The notes below the pieces were generated by a model. The model saw only the letters and a program-made list of their open reading frames with translations, was not told where the DNA came from and did not search any database. The position numbers and the translations under genes were made by a program. DNA of 31,247 nucleotides, taken from assembly GCA_038247415.1 (NCBI GenBank), contig JBBRUX010000045.1:1-31247 (forward strand). The letters are read 5' to 3'. Source of the DNA: Chitinivibrionales bacterium (lineage in GTDB: Bacteria; Fibrobacterota; Chitinivibrionia; Chitinivibrionales; WJKA01). Positions within the stretch are counted from its first letter, which is position 1; the number at the start of each line of letters is the position of its first letter. Below are positions 27,930-31,247 of the stretch, piece by piece.

Positions 27930-28669
27930 CAGAGAACCTTCCCGCTTTGTCCTGCTTCTCCTTTATTTCCGCCATACAAAAGCGACATCATCTCGCGTTT
28001 GAGTCGAGAAAGAGCAGTTTCCTTGAAATCATCGAGATCCTGCTCGATGCGCTCCACCTTATGAATGAGATAATTATAGAAAAAGACTGCCGGGATGGCT
28101 ACCGCAAGACCCATCGCCGTGACCACCAAGGCCTCTGCAATACCCGGAGCAACCACAGGAAGACTTGCAGACCCTTGATTTCCAATTTCAAAAAAGGAAT
28201 CCATAATTCCCCATACGGTTCCAAACAAACCAATAAAGGGGGCAACGCTTGAAATAATCGCCAGAAAAAACACACCACTGTCAAGCTTCGCAGTAAGCAA
28301 AGCCGTTGCATTTTCGAGCGATTCCTTTGCAAGAGAAAATTGATTTTCGATAAAAAACGACCAGTCTTTTATACCGGTATACGATTGTGCATCCCCCAAG
28401 ATTCTTTTAAATTCAAAGGCTGCTACCCTACCCAGTTGCGCCAGAGGAGTATCTCCTGAACTGAGAGCAGGACTATCAAACTCGACAATTGTTTTAACGG
28501 AAGCCGAAGCTATCCGAAACCGTTTGTTCTGTTTCTTGACAGAATGCAGATACACGATCTTTCGGATGATGATACCCCAGGTAACCACCGATAAGACAAC
28601 AAGCATTGCTACGATAGTGCGGGCAATCCAACCAGACCGAAGTATCATATGAAACACCGGAGATTCCAT
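27929..28669 (-). CDS. tolQ: TolQ/ExbB/MotA family protein
   Basis: APFIGLFGTVWGIMDSF..VAPGIAEALVVTAMGLAVAIPAV; TGATG coupling with tolR. Start is 28669 (ATG) or 28684 (TTG). Confidence 0.93.
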   Translation of the reverse strand: MESPVFHMILRSGWIARTIVAMLVVLSVVTWGIIIRKIVYLHSVKKQNKRFRIASASVKTIVEFDSPALSSGDTPLAQLGRVAAFEFKRILGDAQSYTGIKDWSFFIENQFSLAKESLENATALLTAKLDSGVFFLAIISSVAPFIGLFGTVWGIMDSFFEIGNQGSASLPVVAPGIAEALVVTAMGLAVAIPAVFFYNYLIHKVERIEQDLDDFKETALSRLKREMMSLLYGGNKGEAGQSGKVL

Positions 28670-28921
28670 AGCATCCCTTTCCAAAAGTTAATTAACCGTT
28701 TTTCGTTTTAAATACTATCTAACCCTAAAAATATAAATTACGTGTAAGAATTACGATTTGGCAATCCGAATCTTCATTTCTAATATACTTTTTTTATGCG
28801 CTCGTGGCTTTGGCTAAAGAATCTGCATTAAATGATGTATTTTCTTTTAAACTGTGTAGTCGTGCAATTGTGCACGTGAAATATTTCTTCTACGGTTGAT
28901 TTTATAAAGAAGGCACACCTT

Positions 28922-29848
28922 ATGCGGTATTACGACCAAATACATTTCGACATGCCCCCCGTGATGCTGGCGGCTTGGCCGGGGATGGGCAATGTGGGGC
29001 TCATTGCAATGGATTACCTAAGGAAAGCTCTTGGTATGCAGGTTTTTGCAGAACTTGATATGAGTCCTTTTTTGGCACCCGATTCCATTAGTGTTAAAGA
29101 TGGTATTGCACAGCATCCCGAAATGCCAACAAGTCTCTTCTTTTACCGCAAAGAGCCCAATCTCATTATTTTTATCAGCAATGCACAGGTATCTGGACGG
29201 GATGGCATTACCGTAATAAAAACTATTCTCGATGTTGCAAGCCAATTTCAGGTAAAACGATTATTTACTGCGGCTGCCTTTGCACAACCAATGAGCTACC
29301 AAACACCTTCCAACGTATTTGCGGCCTGCTCTAATGAATCATTACTTAATCTCCTTATGGAGTTTGGCGCAACTTCAATGCCCGATGGCTACATCGCGGG
29401 GCTCAATGGTTTGGTTCTTGGGGTTGCAGCACCTCGACACATTGAAGCAGCCTGCCTCTTAGGAACAATTCCTTCATATGCCACAGCCCTCACCTATCCA
29501 AAAGCCTCTCTAGAAATTATCCGTTTAATCGGCAATCTTTTTTCCTGCGATATCGCAACCGAAGATCTCGAAACAGTTGTTGCCGAAATGGATACCCAAC
29601 TAGAAGCCATAGAGGAGCGCATAAAAGAATTTTTCCCAACTATCAACGAGGAGCACGAAGGAACCGATGAAATAGAGGAAGACAAAGTCCCGCATTATAT
29701 CATGGAAAAAATCGAAAAACTCTTCGGAAAAGTTAGTGCCGATAAAACGGTTGCCACCGAACTTAAAAATGAATTGGTTCGTTGGAATATCTATGAACTC
29801 TATGAAAAACGCTTTTTAGACCTTTTTAAAGAATCAAAGGACGAGTAA
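28922..29848 (+). CDS. PAC2 (proteasome assembly chaperone-like) family protein
   Basis: PVMLAAWPGMGNVGLIAMDYL, GYIAGLNGLVLGVA, AACLLGTIPSY..YPKAS are typical PAC2-family motifs. C-terminal helical extension. Confidence 0.8.
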   Translation: MRYYDQIHFDMPPVMLAAWPGMGNVGLIAMDYLRKALGMQVFAELDMSPFLAPDSISVKDGIAQHPEMPTSLFFYRKEPNLIIFISNAQVSGRDGITVIKTILDVASQFQVKRLFTAAAFAQPMSYQTPSNVFAACSNESLLNLLMEFGATSMPDGYIAGLNGLVLGVAAPRHIEAACLLGTIPSYATALTYPKASLEIIRLIGNLFSCDIATEDLETVVAEMDTQLEAIEERIKEFFPTINEEHEGTDEIEEDKVPHYIMEKIEKLFGKVSADKTVATELKNELVRWNIYELYEKRFLDLFKESKDE

Positions 29849-29853
29849 CGAGT

Positions 29854-30255
29854 ATGTCAAAAATTGTTGTATCAAAAGGGCAAACCGAAGCGGCACTGTG
29901 TGAAGCAATCACCAAATTCGAAAAAGAATATATGGGACGAGGCCCTCTGGAGACAAAAACGACCATATTCGATAATATTGTTTTGATTCGCTTAAAAGGG
30001 ATCCTAACAAAGGCAGAGTTTCGACTTGCAAGCTTCGATAAAAATGGCAAAGGAAGAGATCTCATAAAACAAGTTCGAACTGAACTGATAGAAAATAATA
30101 GGCCGATACTCGAAGCGATCATTAAAACTATTACGCGTCGCAAGGTTAAAAGCCTCCATACCGATATATCTACGGTAACCGGTGAAAAGATCATAGTTTT
30201 TATTGTCGATCGGCCTTTTGAGTTTGCCAATTCACCCTCCTCAAATGTATCTTAA
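29854..30255 (+). CDS. DUF2294 (MpsC/YbcI-like) family protein
   Basis: KGQTEAALCEAITKFEKEYMGRGP, RLKGILTKAE, GRDLIKQVRTELIE, SLHTDISTVTGEKIIVF match the DUF2294 signature. Confidence 0.88.
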   Translation: MSKIVVSKGQTEAALCEAITKFEKEYMGRGPLETKTTIFDNIVLIRLKGILTKAEFRLASFDKNGKGRDLIKQVRTELIENNRPILEAIIKTITRRKVKSLHTDISTVTGEKIIVFIVDRPFEFANSPSSNVS

Positions 30256-30258
30256 ATA

Positions 30259-30325
30259 TCCCTGAAGGGGAGGGGAAGGCACAGTGTGCTAGCCATCTTC
30301 CAAGCAGGGAATGATCCTTTTTTTT
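30259..30325 (+). terminator. Structured hairpin after the DUF2294 gene, possible terminator
   Basis: Nested stems TCCCTG/CAGGGA, GGAAG/CTTCC and GCAC/GTGC. A T8 run starts 7 nt after the stem, so the geometry is imperfect. Confidence 0.45.
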
Positions 30326-30385
30326 AAAAAGCTGCGTTTTCAGTCCTCTTTGAGACGTATTTATGCGGAGCAGAGCAGGAAGGGC

Positions 30386-30452
30386 GACCAGGAAGTGCTT
30401 CCAGGAACAGAATTCTGAATTCCTGAAAACGGTATTTCTGGTCTTTTTTTTT
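30386..30452 (+). terminator. Intrinsic terminator in the pckG upstream/leader region (candidate attenuator)
   Basis: Outer stem GACCAG(G)AAGTGC/GTATTTCTGGTC and inner stem CAGGAA/TTCCTG, followed immediately by T9. Ends 55 nt before the pckG ATG. Confidence 0.8.
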
Positions 30453-30507
30453 GATAAACGCTGCAAAGACATTCGATAATTAACATTGAACTTGTAAAGG
30501 AATCATC

Positions 30508-31247
30508 ATGGCTCATCAGAAATTGCAATCGTGGGTTTCGGAAGTTGCACTCCTCACACAACCAGATACAATATATTGGTGCGATGGATCAGTGCAGGAA
30601 TACGATGCGATGATAAAAATCATGGTTGATGGCAAACTTGCCACACCACTTGCGAAACGCCCCGGAGGATACCTCTTCAGATCCGATCCTTCCGATGTTG
30701 CTCGCGTAGAAAACCGTACCTACATTGCTTCTAAATCCAAAGACGCTGCTGGCCCTACCAATAACTGGATCGATCCCGAAGAACTTAAAACAACCATGCG
30801 GGGCCTGTATAAAGGCTGCATGAAGGGCCGTACACTGTACGTTATCCCCTTCTCGATGGGGCCTGTAGGATCCACCATTGCAAAAATTGGCGTTGAAATC
30901 ACCGATTCTCCTTATGTCTTTGTCAACATGCATATCATGACTCGTGTGGGCAAAAAAGTTCTGGATATTTTAGGCGATACGGGCGAATTTATCCCGTGTC
31001 TTCATTCAGTCGGAAAGCCTTTGGCCGACGGCGAACAAGACAATGGCGTTTGGCCATGCGCCCCAATCGACAAGAAATACATTTCTCATTTCCCCGAAGA
31101 GCGTACTATTTGGTCGTATGGCTCTGGGTATGGTGGCAATGCACTTCTTGGAAAAAAATGCCTCGCGTTACGCATAGCATCGTCTGTTGCACGTGATGAA
31201 GGCTGGCTTGCAGAACATATGCTCATTCTTTCTATTACAAATCCTGC
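30508..31247 (+). CDS. pckG: Phosphoenolpyruvate carboxykinase (GTP), 5' part
   Basis: Not in the ORF track because it has no stop in the window. [109 protein letters not shown]. Confidence 0.97.
   Translation, partial: MAHQKLQSWVSEVALLTQPDTIYWCDGSVQEYDAMIKIMVDGKLATPLAKRPGGYLFRSDPSDVARVENRTYIASKSKDAAGPTNNWIDPEELKTTMRGLYKGCMKGRTLYVIPFSMGPVGSTIAKIGVEITDSPYVFVNMHIMTRVGKKVLDILGDTGEFIPCLHSVGKPLADGEQDNGVWPCAPIDKKYISHFPEERTIWSYGSGYGGNALLGKKCLALRIASSVARDEGWLAEHMLILSITNP

Noticed and set aside
28808..28828. Sigma-54-like TGGC...TGC promoter (similar TTGGCA also near 3552)
   Set aside because: The GG-to-GC spacing is 11 rather than the required 10, and the 3552 site lacks the GC.
30259..30452. Match to known riboswitches (yybP-ykoY via AAGGGGAG, glycine, c-di-GMP, ZTP) or SRP RNA
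   Set aside because: The remaining conserved core nucleotides could not be found by eye. It is kept only as an unclassified leader pending an Rfam search.

Overview
Bacterial chromosomal window from a diderm organism, probably Fibrobacterota (Chitinivibrionia/Chitinispirillaceae-like). The taxonomy is inferred from gene style and not verified. Contents, left to right: (1) 1-10.4 kb is a cell-envelope block. It holds a large PKD/Ig-repeat exported protein that runs off the window edge and is missing from the ORF track, four paralogous exported proteins sharing five copies of one beta-helix-like module, a membrane Hanks-type Ser/Thr kinase, and a three-repeat PPC-like lipoprotein gene broken by one in-frame TAA. 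(2) 10.6-15.9 kb is a 2-oxoacid/acetoin-type dehydrogenase operon (E2-E3-fused E1alpha/beta). It is divergent from an orphan fused DctQM TRAP permease, with phased TGCGCATTC repeats between them. (3) 18.05-20.2 kb is a mosaic of gene remnants (chorismate-mutase-like, kelch, HDAC-family, SGNH hydrolase, AbrB-like). (4) 20.2-23.9 kb holds an exported hypothetical protein, two tandem CsgG/HfaB-like paralogs and an outer-membrane beta-barrel. (5) A complete tolQ-tolR-tolA-tolB-pal-cpoB operon follows. (6) The window ends with PAC2-family and DUF2294 (MpsC/YbcI-like) genes, then a leader with a strong intrinsic terminator 55 nt before a GTP-dependent PEP carboxykinase (pckG, truncated by the window end). 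Best leads: a candidate DUF2294-linked attenuation/antitermination switch on the CO2-utilising pckG, heavy enrichment of the Bacteroidota-type O-glycosylation sequon in exported proteins, and the paralog cluster with a shared C-terminal membrane hairpin. No rRNA, tRNA, CRISPR array or intact transposase was seen. All family calls come from motif recognition by eye, not from database searches.
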